Source of the DNA: a virus
DNA length: 64,000 nt
IMG/VR virus record: IMGVR_UViG_3300045988_062804
Strand: one strand, 5' to 3'
The notes under the pieces are model-generated. The model had not been told where the DNA came from. It did no database searches and was given only the letters and a program-made list of their open reading frames with translations. The position numbers and the translations under genes are program-made. Position 1 is the first letter of the stretch; each line of letters begins with the position of its first letter. Positions 31,222 to 40,674 of the stretch are shown here, one piece after another.

Positions 31222-34107
31222 TTATTCTAGTATTATAGAAGCATTAGTAGTAATGTTATTAACAATTTCCTCTAATGCTGTAAGTTTGTCCATTAATAGT
31301 TTACCCTGCGCTGCTGATAAGCTCATGTTGGCATCTTCTGTGGTCAGATTGTTTGCTATTGTTGAAAGTATTCTCTTTGTGCAGGTGAACTTGAAAGTCT
31401 CCTCCTCACTTTCGTTATACTCCAGATTAGTAATCACCTCCAAGTCTTCGTAGTTATTTAAGTGACACATAGTAGTTACACTTACCCTTTTAACTGAATT
31501 TATGTCAGTCTGGCTAGTTCCAACCTTGTTATACACAGCAACATAATTATCAGTATCATATTCTACCACAGAGGCATAAGATGAGAATAAGGATTCCATA
31601 AATTCAATAGCATCATCTCTTACATCAAAAGGATTCTCCAAGTTTAAGATATCGTTATAAATCACTGATTGAGCTGAGTTTAAATCAGTTCTGATAGAAT
31701 CTACTTCTGACTTGATAGTAGTATCATTGTAATTCTCCAGACTGTCAACTTTATCCTTATATAGATTAGTAAAGTCATTAGTAGAAAGCCCCTTACCTTC
31801 CTCCTTTAACACAAATTTACTAACATCAGGTATTTCAGACTTTAAAGCATAACCACTTAAATCAACACCAGGTATTGCAGCTATTTGTTGTTGTACCCAA
31901 GTTTGTGAAGCTAATCCTTCAATACTAGGAATACTCGGAGTATTGATAAGGTCATTATAATCTTTAGAGAATAATTCTGACTTATCAGCTTTACTATTCA
32001 AGGCAGTCTTTACATTACCTATCTCAGTATTGATACCACCTATTGTAGTATTCTGAGCAAGTATAGCATCACTCAGTTCCTTAAACGTAGTATATGATGG
32101 GTCAGCACCTTCTAAGATTATATCAAACCTTCCATCAGTATATTGCTTAGCTTCTAATAAAGCATTACCAGCAGCACCTGCTGCTTCAGCTCCAAGTTCA
32201 TCTAATGTATATGTTGGTTTATTGGGTTGTTTAGCCCATGAGGGAACAGTAGGGTCAGTTTCTACAAACTCAGTTAAATAACCTTTAGCTTCTAACTCTT
32301 GTTCAGTAACTAAGTTATCTGGTATTGAGTTTATATAGCCCTTGTCATTCTCTAACTGTGATACTCTGGTAGGTATTTCAGTCTTATCTGCCTTACTACT
32401 AATATCTGGAATGTCAGTCTTATTAGCTTTCTTATCTACTTCACTAGATAAGTTAGTTATAGACTTTCTAATTCCAGAGTCATTGTAGTTAGTAAGACCT
32501 TGCAGTTTAGCTTTCTCAGCAGTAGTAAAGCTCTGCTCTGATAAACCCATTCCAACCTGCTTGTCAACCTTGTTGTTCCAACTATCAATATCCTGCTGAT
32601 TTATGTTCTTAGCAGCACTAGCAGCAAATTGAGGCTCTAACTCTTCTGTTAGATAACCTTTAGCTTCTAGTTCCTTATCGGTAACATACTCTTCAGGAAC
32701 TTCAGTTAGATACTCTGAGTCATTCTCTAATTGAGAGACTTTAGTGGGTATCTCACTCTTATCAGCTTTACCAGAGACATCTGGAATCTTAGCATCTACT
32801 TCCTGCTTAGTATAGTAGTTATTAAGCTGTATGTCTCCGCCTTCAATAGCTGCAAGTTTATCATCAACCTCATCCTTAGTATATACTGTATGTTTGTCAG
32901 CCTTAGCTGCTAATAGTTCTCGTATAGTTGTAGTATCAATAGTCTCAGGATTATAACCGCTCTGGTCAAGTATCTCTACAGTTGTCTCTCCTAACCCTGC
33001 ATGAGCACTCTTAAATATGTAGTACAGATTACTAAATATCTCCTGTGTTCCAAGTAACTTGAATCCACCTATGACACTACTAACTCCCAGAACTGTGTTA
33101 GCCCCATTAGGAATCATAACATATATATACTCACCAGCTCCAGCATTTACTGTGTAGACATTATCAATAGTTCTATCTAACTGTGTATAGTCTGGAGAAG
33201 TTCCAAAATAATTTGGATATTTAATGTCAAATGTAACAACTCTCGTAGCACTAATATCTTCATACTTGTACTTAAGAGTAACTACCATAGATGTAGTCCT
33301 ATTAGTAAAGATATACTCTCGCACTTCTGGACTTAGTGTAACGCCATTGATAGATTGCTCAATAACATCCTTATGGTATTCCCAAGTAACCTTTACATCA
33401 GTAGGTTCATCTCCATAACACATATACTCAGGGTCTAGAGATATAGCCTTGACGTTATCATCAATAGATGCAGCTGCAATTTTAGCATTAACCCATTCAG
33501 TAGAGGCAATTCTGTTAGAATTATCTGTCATCAAGGGCAATGTAGTAGTAGGAGTTCCAGCAAAGCTTGGAGAGAATATATCAGCTTTGTTCTTAAATCT
33601 AATTTCTATCTCACATGCCCATTGAGCGAGCTTGAGGTTAATTTCATCAATAACCTTATTAATGTCAAAGGCTATTGAATCAGTTACAAAGGTATATAAA
33701 TCTTTTTGATTAGACAAGTTACCTTTGATGTTTCCCCACTTTAGAGCATATTCATCTGCTATACCAAGATTAATTCTGGCTATAGTTCTCTGATACTCAT
33801 CAGTTAACTCTGAGAATAGATTCTCCTTTTGGAATCCATCATCCCCGCCAGTACACCCATAATATTTAGAAGTATCACAATCATCCTTAATACAGATGTG
33901 GTCTACTCCTTCCTCTTCTATTTTTACACTGTCTATCTTGTCTATTGTAATAACACCATAGTCAGCACAAATTCCCTCTACTTCTTCTTTCTCTATAACA
34001 CCATCAATTATTTTAGTATCTGGCTTTATGTTAGAAATAGAATGTGGGTAGTCAGGTAAAATGGGAGTTTCTTGTTCTTGTTCGTCAAGACGTATAAACT
34101 CTGCCAT
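31222..34107 (-). CDS. tail fibre-like protein (961 aa) with internal tandem repeats
   Basis: Carries duplicated ~50-aa segments (KADKSEIPTKVSQLENDSEYLTEVPEEYVTDKELEAKGYLTE and KADKTEIPTRVSQLENDKGYINSIPDNLVTEQELEAKGYLTE). It also has G(K/M)GLS..(D/S)FT..EK motifs shared with the DGR target fibre. Confidence 0.6.
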   Translation of the reverse strand: MAEFIRLDEQEQETPILPDYPHSISNIKPDTKIIDGVIEKEEVEGICADYGVITIDKIDSVKIEEEGVDHICIKDDCDTSKYYGCTGGDDGFQKENLFSELTDEYQRTIARINLGIADEYALKWGNIKGNLSNQKDLYTFVTDSIAFDINKVIDEINLKLAQWACEIEIRFKNKADIFSPSFAGTPTTTLPLMTDNSNRIASTEWVNAKIAAASIDDNVKAISLDPEYMCYGDEPTDVKVTWEYHKDVIEQSINGVTLSPEVREYIFTNRTTSMVVTLKYKYEDISATRVVTFDIKYPNYFGTSPDYTQLDRTIDNVYTVNAGAGEYIYVMIPNGANTVLGVSSVIGGFKLLGTQEIFSNLYYIFKSAHAGLGETTVEILDQSGYNPETIDTTTIRELLAAKADKHTVYTKDEVDDKLAAIEGGDIQLNNYYTKQEVDAKIPDVSGKADKSEIPTKVSQLENDSEYLTEVPEEYVTDKELEAKGYLTEELEPQFAASAAKNINQQDIDSWNNKVDKQVGMGLSEQSFTTAEKAKLQGLTNYNDSGIRKSITNLSSEVDKKANKTDIPDISSKADKTEIPTRVSQLENDKGYINSIPDNLVTEQELEAKGYLTEFVETDPTVPSWAKQPNKPTYTLDELGAEAAGAAGNALLEAKQYTDGRFDIILEGADPSYTTFKELSDAILAQNTTIGGINTEIGNVKTALNSKADKSELFSKDYNDLINTPSIPSIEGLASQTWVQQQIAAIPGVDLSGYALKSEIPDVSKFVLKEEGKGLSTNDFTNLYKDKVDSLENYNDTTIKSEVDSIRTDLNSAQSVIYNDILNLENPFDVRDDAIEFMESLFSSYASVVEYDTDNYVAVYNKVGTSQTDINSVKRVSVTTMCHLNNYEDLEVITNLEYNESEEETFKFTCTKRILSTIANNLTTEDANMSLSAAQGKLLMDKLTALEEIVNNITTNASIILE

Positions 34108-34110
34108 ATT

Positions 34111-35091
34111 TTAGATTTGAATAATTTGATAAGCATATGTCATAGGGTCTAAGAAGGATATGATTGTAGCTTCATTGACCTTATGAATTGTTTTAGTAAT
34201 GGTCATTGATAAACTAGTATCTCCAATAGGGAATACCTTGTTATATAATGAACCTTCCATGTAACATACATTCTCATTAAACATATTATTAACAGAGTTC
34301 CACCTTAAAGTTGTATCATGACAGCCTCTAAGGAATGTATTACCCTTACAGTCAGCTTCCAATACATTGTCATAAGTATCTCCCAAGAATATGTTGTTAG
34401 TACACCCTTGTTTTAATTCGTTATGTTTAGTATTATGTAATTCTGAACTGTCAGTAATAACTCCACCAGTTAAGTCTGAGAATGTGTAGAAATCTCCATA
34501 TGCTGCTCCAAGATTAAGATTAGTGTTGTCTAATTCATCAGCAGTTCTTCTGAACTTAATATTCTTAAAGTCATAGTATGCTGAGTTGAAGTGATTGTCT
34601 CTCATAAAGGTTATTCTACCTTTGGTAGTAATACCATCTTCAAGAGTTTCTTTAGTCGGGTCATATTCAATAACCCAATCCTTCATTTTATTATCATCAA
34701 TAACAACCCTTGGGTCTAACCTATTGTTAGTAATAGCTGTTACAATTAGCTTCCAAATAGGTGAGGGGTTAGTGGAGCTATCAGTGCCCCACGTAACCTT
34801 CTGACCAGAACTATTAGTAACGTTAGAAGAATAGATAGTTTGAAAGTCTGCAATAACATACCTTGCCCCTGTTACTAAACTCTTCTTACCTATATTATCA
34901 TTGAGTACTGCATAGGTAACTTCTAATGGTTTGGATTGTCCACCTTCTCCAGTATAATCAATGATACCTATGTTCTTCCTTAGTTGTTCCTGCTCTAAAT
35001 CAGTTAAACCACCCAATAAGTCTTTCTTCTTGAAATAATTATTTAAATCATGAATACAGGCATAACGTCTTGTATCCCTTTCTATTGCCAT
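34111..35091 (-). CDS. hypothetical tail-module protein
   Basis: 326-aa ORF. Confidence 0.5.
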   Translation of the reverse strand: MAIERDTRRYACIHDLNNYFKKKDLLGGLTDLEQEQLRKNIGIIDYTGEGGQSKPLEVTYAVLNDNIGKKSLVTGARYVIADFQTIYSSNVTNSSGQKVTWGTDSSTNPSPIWKLIVTAITNNRLDPRVVIDDNKMKDWVIEYDPTKETLEDGITTKGRITFMRDNHFNSAYYDFKNIKFRRTADELDNTNLNLGAAYGDFYTFSDLTGGVITDSSELHNTKHNELKQGCTNNIFLGDTYDNVLEADCKGNTFLRGCHDTTLRWNSVNNMFNENVCYMEGSLYNKVFPIGDTSLSMTITKTIHKVNEATIISFLDPMTYAYQIIQI

Positions 35092-35092
35092 G

Positions 35093-35278
35093 TTAATTAT
35101 TCATTAGAAATTCGTATATTCCATCTATCTTATCAAAGTATTGACAAGTCTGAATAAAGGATATTTGGTGTAGAATCATACTATAGTCTTCTACGTATCC
35201 CTTATTTAGCCTCTTAAGGAATTTGTCAAAGTCTTTGATTACTTTCTTCTTAAGGTTAGTTATTGCATCCACAACCAC
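35093..35278 (-). CDS. hypothetical small protein
   Basis: 61-aa ORF that fills the gap between its neighbours exactly. Confidence 0.35.
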   Translation of the reverse strand: MVVDAITNLKKKVIKDFDKFLKRLNKGYVEDYSMILHQISFIQTCQYFDKIDGIYEFLMNN

Positions 35279-36050
35279 CTCCTCCTATAGTATTCTTATC
35301 AACCATAACATCTTTACAAATTCCTCCACATTGAGTAATGTCTTCTAAGACTCTCTGAGCCTCATAGTATTGACCTAACTCAATTAAGTACTTGATAACA
35401 TTAATTGCCATCCATATAATATCTCTATTATAGATTAGCATCTTAACATCATCAGTTCTATTCTTACATCTTCCTGGTAAGTCTCCTAAAAGATTCTTAC
35501 ATAGTCTATAGAAACATTCATTAATATGACAAACACAGAATGTGTTCTTATCACCTCTAATGATTGTAGTAGTCTTCTCTGTAACAGTAGCTGGAGGCAT
35601 AGCATTCACCTCTAATATTTCCTCTACAGTTACTGCAATAGACTCTTCATCAACATACTTCATGAATGTCTCAGACTCTGTATCGTAGTAATAAACAGAA
35701 TTATAAGCTGTTAGTGCAGTGGGATTTCTCTCTAACACATACTTCAACCATACATCAGTTGGCAGAATTATATGTGTAACTTCATATAGACCATCAATGG
35801 GCATCTCTAATTCGGATTCATCAATGCAGTCTATAACGTGTTCTACAACATCATACTTCTGAGTTACTTCGTCTCCTGAAGACTTAATACTTGTTATAGC
35901 ATTAAGAGTAATTGTTTGGCTATAGGCATAACTACGAGTACTAACTGTGATTCCATCAGTCTCGTTTAAGTACTCGTCATTATCCCTCTCCAATCCAGTT
36001 ATCGTAATACCACAAGCACCTTTCTTGCATATTTTAAATACTGAATCCAT
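35256..36050 (-). CDS. hypothetical Cys-rich protein
   Basis: 264-aa ORF with a C-terminal GGGGCGCNN tail. Confidence 0.5.
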   Translation of the reverse strand: MDSVFKICKKGACGITITGLERDNDEYLNETDGITVSTRSYAYSQTITLNAITSIKSSGDEVTQKYDVVEHVIDCIDESELEMPIDGLYEVTHIILPTDVWLKYVLERNPTALTAYNSVYYYDTESETFMKYVDEESIAVTVEEILEVNAMPPATVTEKTTTIIRGDKNTFCVCHINECFYRLCKNLLGDLPGRCKNRTDDVKMLIYNRDIIWMAINVIKYLIELGQYYEAQRVLEDITQCGGICKDVMVDKNTIGGGGCGCNN

Positions 36051-36052
36051 AA

Positions 36053-36430
36053 TTATACGTTGAAGTCAGCTCTAACTTTAGTTTTGATTTCTCCTACTAG
36101 TGTAAGATAGTCTAGGTATTTCTGTCTATCAGTTTGATTATCAGATAATCCTAATACAATACTGTTGGAGCTGTTGATTAAATCAAACTCTTCATCTTGG
36201 TCTACATACTGCCTAATAATAGCTTTAATGCATTCTTTATGGTCTGGTTGACCATGTAGATGAACCTGAACATATGTCCACCTTGTTTCTTGTGTTACAT
36301 CTTCTGTTTCTGGGTCTATAACATCAACCACCTTTGACTTAATGTCATAGTTATAGTAATATGTGCCATTACCTAGTTTCTCTATTGAGTTAGGTTGTAC
36401 ATTCATTTCTATTCTTCTTGGTTCTAACAT
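36053..36430 (-). CDS. hypothetical protein downstream of the DGR reverse transcriptase
   Basis: 125-aa acidic ORF overlapping the RT 3' end by 41 nt. It does not look like the helical, basic Avd protein. Confidence 0.5.
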   Translation of the reverse strand: MLEPRRIEMNVQPNSIEKLGNGTYYYNYDIKSKVVDVIDPETEDVTQETRWTYVQVHLHGQPDHKECIKAIIRQYVDQDEEFDLINSSNSIVLGLSDNQTDRQKYLDYLTLVGEIKTKVRADFNV

Positions 36431-37625
36431 AAGGTCTTATTTTAAAATTTACTGGGAATGAATATCTGGTTAGAGAGTAGAATAGGTCCCTACTCTTGCT
36501 CTCAAAGTAATAAGATTTGTTATTGTACACAAAGTTAACCCTAAAACACTTGCTATAGCTAACCATATCTACAACATGAATATACTTGTTATAAAATCTT
36601 GAAATATTAGACTTCTTCCCATCCCAATTAGAGAACCTTAAACCTGTATCTCTTTGAATCTTTCTTAATAGATTCTTAGAATTACAGAACTTTAGCCAAC
36701 CAAAGTATGATTGCATTCTCCTTCTCAATTCCTGTCTGTCAATCTTACCAGACTGATATTTCCTAACAAGTCTGAATAGTCTAATCTTAATTGACTTCCT
36801 TAGTAATACATGGGTATGATAGAACCTATAACCTACAAAGTCTATACCTCTATCATCTACTGGGAATATTTGGTAATTTGATTTTAACCTTAAATTTAGA
36901 ACCTCCTTCAAGTACATCTTAATTGCTATAAGTACTGTTCTCAAGAAGTTCTTATCACTGCTGAGAATTACAATATCATCAGCATACCTGAAATAGAATT
37001 TACATTTCAACTCTTCCTTGACCCAATGGTCAAAGTAAGCTAAGTACAGATTAGCGAAGAACTGCGATAAGTAATTACCTATAGGAACTCTGTCGGCAGA
37101 ATATATGATTTCAATAAGCAATAGTAAAAGACCTTGGTCTTTAATCTTCTTCTTAATGATTTCACATAGTATGTCGTGATTAACAGATGGGTAAAACTTT
37201 CTGACATCCATCTTAAGACAGTACATTGTCTCCTCTGGATGTTTAGTTAATGCCGCTCTTAGGTCATAAGCTACATTATGAATTCCTCTATCTTTGATGC
37301 AAGAGTAAGTTTGCTTAATAAATATTTTAGTCCAAATAGGTTCCATCACGTTCATTATAGCGTGATGTGTTATCCTATCTGGATAGTATGGTAGTCTAAA
37401 TATCAACCTTTCTTTAGGTTCGTATATCTTAAACGTACTATACTCAGAGGTTTCATATACTAAGTCTTTTAATTGCTCAGATAACCTCTCATTCTCCTCC
37501 TGTCTATTCCTGTCATGCTTGAGGATTCCCCATCTAGCTGACTTATGCTTTCTAGCCTTATCATCAGCTTTCTCAATATTCTCTATATCATAAACCTTCT
37601 CATGTAAATAACCTATACGTTTCAA
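36390..37625 (-). CDS. DGR-type reverse transcriptase
   Basis: 411 aa. It has the RT catalytic box FRYADDIVIL (YxDD) and the motif PIGNYLSQFFANLYL, which matches the (I/V/L)GxxxSQ signature of DGR RTs. It sits directly 3' of a TR/VR pair. Confidence 0.9.
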   Translation of the reverse strand: MKRIGYLHEKVYDIENIEKADDKARKHKSARWGILKHDRNRQEENERLSEQLKDLVYETSEYSTFKIYEPKERLIFRLPYYPDRITHHAIMNVMEPIWTKIFIKQTYSCIKDRGIHNVAYDLRAALTKHPEETMYCLKMDVRKFYPSVNHDILCEIIKKKIKDQGLLLLLIEIIYSADRVPIGNYLSQFFANLYLAYFDHWVKEELKCKFYFRYADDIVILSSDKNFLRTVLIAIKMYLKEVLNLRLKSNYQIFPVDDRGIDFVGYRFYHTHVLLRKSIKIRLFRLVRKYQSGKIDRQELRRRMQSYFGWLKFCNSKNLLRKIQRDTGLRFSNWDGKKSNISRFYNKYIHVVDMVSYSKCFRVNFVYNNKSYYFESKSRDLFYSLTRYSFPVNFKIRPYVRTKKNRNECTT

Positions 37626-37771
37626 GTCTTATATATTTATTATGGAAGCTTTCGAGACTTAACCTACTAACACCCAGTTATTAAATACTACGTTGTCTTT
37701 TGCCAAGAGGCAAGGGTACTATTTAGACTGTAAAATGAAAACCAAATTACCTAAATAAAGAAATATATAAT

Positions 37772-37876
37772 AAGCCTACATTCGTATTAGCATTACTGAC
37801 TCCATTATTAGAATTGAAGTAGCTAAGACTAGCATTACTACCATTATTAGCGTTGCTGCTAACGATGAGTGTTTTA
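37772..37876 (-). repeat. DGR template repeat (TR)
   Basis: Non-coding ~105-nt copy of the VR. In the sense orientation it is rich in AAY/AGY codons (SSNANNGSNASLSYFNSNNGVSNANTNVG). All differences from the VR are at TR adenines. Confidence 0.9.
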
Positions 37877-37957
37877 TAGTAAATATAACTTGTCCAGCAC
37901 CAACAGTATGTAGGTAAATAGTACCCTAATCTCGTATTCTATCTATTGTATATTTTG

Positions 37958-39988
37958 TTAAACTGCCTTATTTAGTGTTCTGAAGCCCACATTCGTATCA
38001 GCATTACCGACCCCATAATGAGAATCGAAGTAGCCAAGACCAGCATTACCACCAGTATGAGCGCGGCCGCCAACGATGAGCGTTCTTAATGCTGTGCTTG
38101 AAGCATTGCAGTAGTGATAGTCACACATGTAAGTAGTAGCAGAACCGCCAACTACTGAAGGTATGATTTCACCAGTTTCTCCAAGGTCAAAGTCCTTTGT
38201 CCATCCATCAGCTGCTACTTCTGTACCAGCAACAGTCATCTTACCTTTAGCAGTATTATCGTCTCCGAATGCTGTTGGGTCAGTAGTAGTGTACACACTA
38301 CTTGGTTGATTAGCTTCTGTTCTCTCTAGGATAATGCCATCCAAGTTAGTCCAGATGTCTCCGAATGGATTATCGAATCCTCTCCATCTTGGAACCTTGA
38401 ATGTTTTAGATGCTACTGTCGTAGACTCATTTATTACTGTTTCAGGAATAACTAAATCCTTAACTCCAGTAAAGTTACCAATATCATTACAGTATCCGCA
38501 TGGTGTTAATGGGTAATAACCATTATAGTTATTCCAGTTAGTTCCATCCCATGTAGTAACACCATCTCCTAGTCCACCTTGATGATAACCATCAGCTGTT
38601 AAGTCAGCAGTGTAAGCCTTCTGTGAGTTTAGTGTAGCATACTCGATAACCCAAGCCCAGTAGAATATCCACTTGTAATATTCATAGCATAGCATTTCTG
38701 AACCAGCATTAGTAGCATAAGTTCTCATGTTTGCTCTTGAGATATTAGTTCTTGGCTTACCTAAATCACTCCTAAACTTATCTGTCTCCAAATATGTGTC
38801 ATTAGCTGTTCTGTTACCTCCACCCCTGAACTGAGTAGTGGTATTAACAACTGATACAGCTTTAGGAGTTGCGGATACAGTAGTATCAACAGTGCTTCTA
38901 TAAGCATCTACTAACATTTCTGGAATCTCAATCCACGTATCATCCATTTTAATAGTAGACATTCTAACCCATCTCTTAGTACCTTCAACTCCAGACTTAC
39001 CATAGAACTTAGGAATGTGTACCCTTACAGTACCATCAGTTCCATCAAGTACTGAATCACTTCCGTCAGCTTTCTTGGACCAGTCATTAGGGTCTAGGTA
39101 ATAATTAATCGTAGCTCCGTCAGCTACACAACCTTTATACTGAGATTGTACTGGTAATGACTTATGTAGTAATGGATTACCAATTCTAGTTAGTGTTGGG
39201 TCTGCTACTGTAGAATCCCATTCAACTCCGTAGGAGTAAATGTCTTCTAATCCAGTGTAATCAATTCCTCCTCCGCCTTGGTTATCTTGCCATTCAGCTG
39301 TTCCATCACCAGTATTTACTAGGATTTGTCCTTTAGCTCCTCCAGCTGGAATATGTTTGTTACCTGCTGTAGTAGGGTGTACATAGTTGTTAGCATTAGC
39401 TGCCACACCTTGTAGTTTAGTCTTCTCAGCTGTTGTATAATCTTCTGTAGATAATTGTTTACCTTCAACCTTATCCACCTTATTAGCTATCTTTGCTACT
39501 TCTTGCTTCTCAGCTGTTGTGTAGTCGTTAGTAGATAACTGCTTACCGTCTACCTTATCAACTTTTAGAGCAATAGCAGCTGTGCTTCTTGCCTCAGAAT
39601 CCTCAATAGCTTTATCTACTTGTGTCTTGTTGTAGTAACCTGTTAGGTCTACCTCTACGTGCTTATTACCTAAGAACTCCCATCCAGTCTTCTCACTAGT
39701 AACCATCCATATATATTCATCATATACATCGTTGGCTCTAGAGCCTTCATTAGGAACCATGTAAATGGTATTGGGATTACCCTTAGCTGGTAGTTCTGTA
39801 ACAACAAGAACTTTACCACCTGCATCAGCTATTGCATCAGTTACCCACTGTTCTGTAGCTAAACCTTCAATTACCTTATTAACAGTAGTTGACTTATTAG
39901 CCCCATTCTGAACGATAGGGATTAACTCATCACCAGCCAGTGTCGTAGCAGGGGTCATTTGAGAGATTTTAATGTCAGTTGCTGCCAT
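37958..39988 (-). CDS. DGR target: tail fibre / receptor-binding protein with C-terminal variable (C-type-lectin-like) region
   Basis: 676 aa. The fibre-like N-terminus is MAATDIKISQMTPATTLAGDELIPIVQNG, followed by repeated DKV(D/E)GKQLST(N/E)DYTTAEK motifs. The VR covers codons about 634-668, and the C-terminus ends VGFRTLNKAV (the GFR motif is common in CLec/FGE-fold DGR targets). Confidence 0.85.
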   Translation of the reverse strand: MAATDIKISQMTPATTLAGDELIPIVQNGANKSTTVNKVIEGLATEQWVTDAIADAGGKVLVVTELPAKGNPNTIYMVPNEGSRANDVYDEYIWMVTSEKTGWEFLGNKHVEVDLTGYYNKTQVDKAIEDSEARSTAAIALKVDKVDGKQLSTNDYTTAEKQEVAKIANKVDKVEGKQLSTEDYTTAEKTKLQGVAANANNYVHPTTAGNKHIPAGGAKGQILVNTGDGTAEWQDNQGGGGIDYTGLEDIYSYGVEWDSTVADPTLTRIGNPLLHKSLPVQSQYKGCVADGATINYYLDPNDWSKKADGSDSVLDGTDGTVRVHIPKFYGKSGVEGTKRWVRMSTIKMDDTWIEIPEMLVDAYRSTVDTTVSATPKAVSVVNTTTQFRGGGNRTANDTYLETDKFRSDLGKPRTNISRANMRTYATNAGSEMLCYEYYKWIFYWAWVIEYATLNSQKAYTADLTADGYHQGGLGDGVTTWDGTNWNNYNGYYPLTPCGYCNDIGNFTGVKDLVIPETVINESTTVASKTFKVPRWRGFDNPFGDIWTNLDGIILERTEANQPSSVYTTTDPTAFGDDNTAKGKMTVAGTEVAADGWTKDFDLGETGEIIPSVVGGSATTYMCDYHYCNASSTALRTLIVGGRAHTGGNAGLGYFDSHYGVGNADTNVGFRTLNKAV
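37983..38087 (-). repeat. DGR variable repeat (VR) at the 3' end of the fibre gene
   Basis: Gap-free alignment with the TR. By hand count there are 18 mismatches, all plus-strand T in TR versus C/G/A in VR, which means A in the sense strand. It encodes ...GGRAHTGGNAGLGYFDSHYGVGNADTNVGF. Confidence 0.9.
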
Positions 39989-40407
39989 TATTCAAATAAA
40001 ATTAAATCACCATTTTCTGTAACCATAAATTTACCATCTTCTAATATAATGTTTGCCAAATCCCTAAAGATTAGACCACCATCTTCTGTAAGTATATTAA
40101 CGCCAATTTCGGCAAGAATATTTCTAGTAACATCAGTAAGATAAATGTCCCCATTCTCTAACTTCCACTTGTCTACAACAACAGATTCATGTCCTTGTCT
40201 CTTGACTATCAGTGGATAACTGCTGTTCTCAAATCCTTTTAATATTACTTGTCCATTGGCATCAGTTATGTACTCCTTACCTTTAAAGATAACTATGGCT
40301 CCTACTAAAGGTAGCCCAGTACCTCTATCTATAATTCTAACTACAACTGAGATAACCTTCAGATTGGCTCTCCCAATATGGTTACCAATGCCAATATAAA
40401 TTCCCAT
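39988..40407 (-). CDS. hypothetical protein with carboxypeptidase-regulatory-like beta-sandwich motif
   Basis: 139 aa. The stretch GLPLVGAIVIFKGKEYITDANGQVILKGF resembles a CarboxypepD_reg-like domain. Confidence 0.4.
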   Translation of the reverse strand: MGIYIGIGNHIGRANLKVISVVVRIIDRGTGLPLVGAIVIFKGKEYITDANGQVILKGFENSSYPLIVKRQGHESVVVDKWKLENGDIYLTDVTRNILAEIGVNILTEDGGLIFRDLANIILEDGKFMVTENGDLILFE

Positions 40408-40408
40408 G

Positions 40409-40672
40409 TTAGTTACCTACTTGTAATGTGTTTTCAGGTACAGCTTTAATTCCTATAACTAATTCAGGATTCCATCCAGGATAGAACACAGTAGCTATAT
40501 ACTGACCCTCTGAATCTTTTAACAACACCTCTACTGTTACATTATCTTCAGTAATATTCTTAACAAGAACTGCATTACTTCCATAAGGTAACTCAAAGTC
40601 ACCTGCAGGTAGTAGAGATAGTCTACTTACTTGCAGGGAGGTTGGTCTTTCATTTTGATTGAGATTAATCAT
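40409..40672 (-). CDS. hypothetical protein
   Basis: 87-aa ORF between the portal and fibre genes. Confidence 0.45.
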   Translation of the reverse strand: MINLNQNERPTSLQVSRLSLLPAGDFELPYGSNAVLVKNITEDNVTVEVLLKDSEGQYIATVFYPGWNPELVIGIKAVPENTLQVGN

Positions 40673-40674
40673 TC

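Larger units (their letters stand above)
36390..39988 (-). other. diversity-generating retroelement cassette (target-VR, TR, RT)
   Basis: Order on the minus strand: target gene with a 3' VR, an ~106-nt spacer (38087-37983 is VR; spacer 37982-37877), the TR, a 146-nt spacer, then the RT. Confidence 0.9.

Noticed and set aside
35093-36430. The 61-aa and 125-aa ORFs as the DGR accessory protein Avd
   Set aside because: The 125-aa protein is acidic and not obviously a four-helix bundle. The 61-aa ORF is too short. Neither lies between the target and the TR as in the canonical arrangement. Only a profile search could rescue this.
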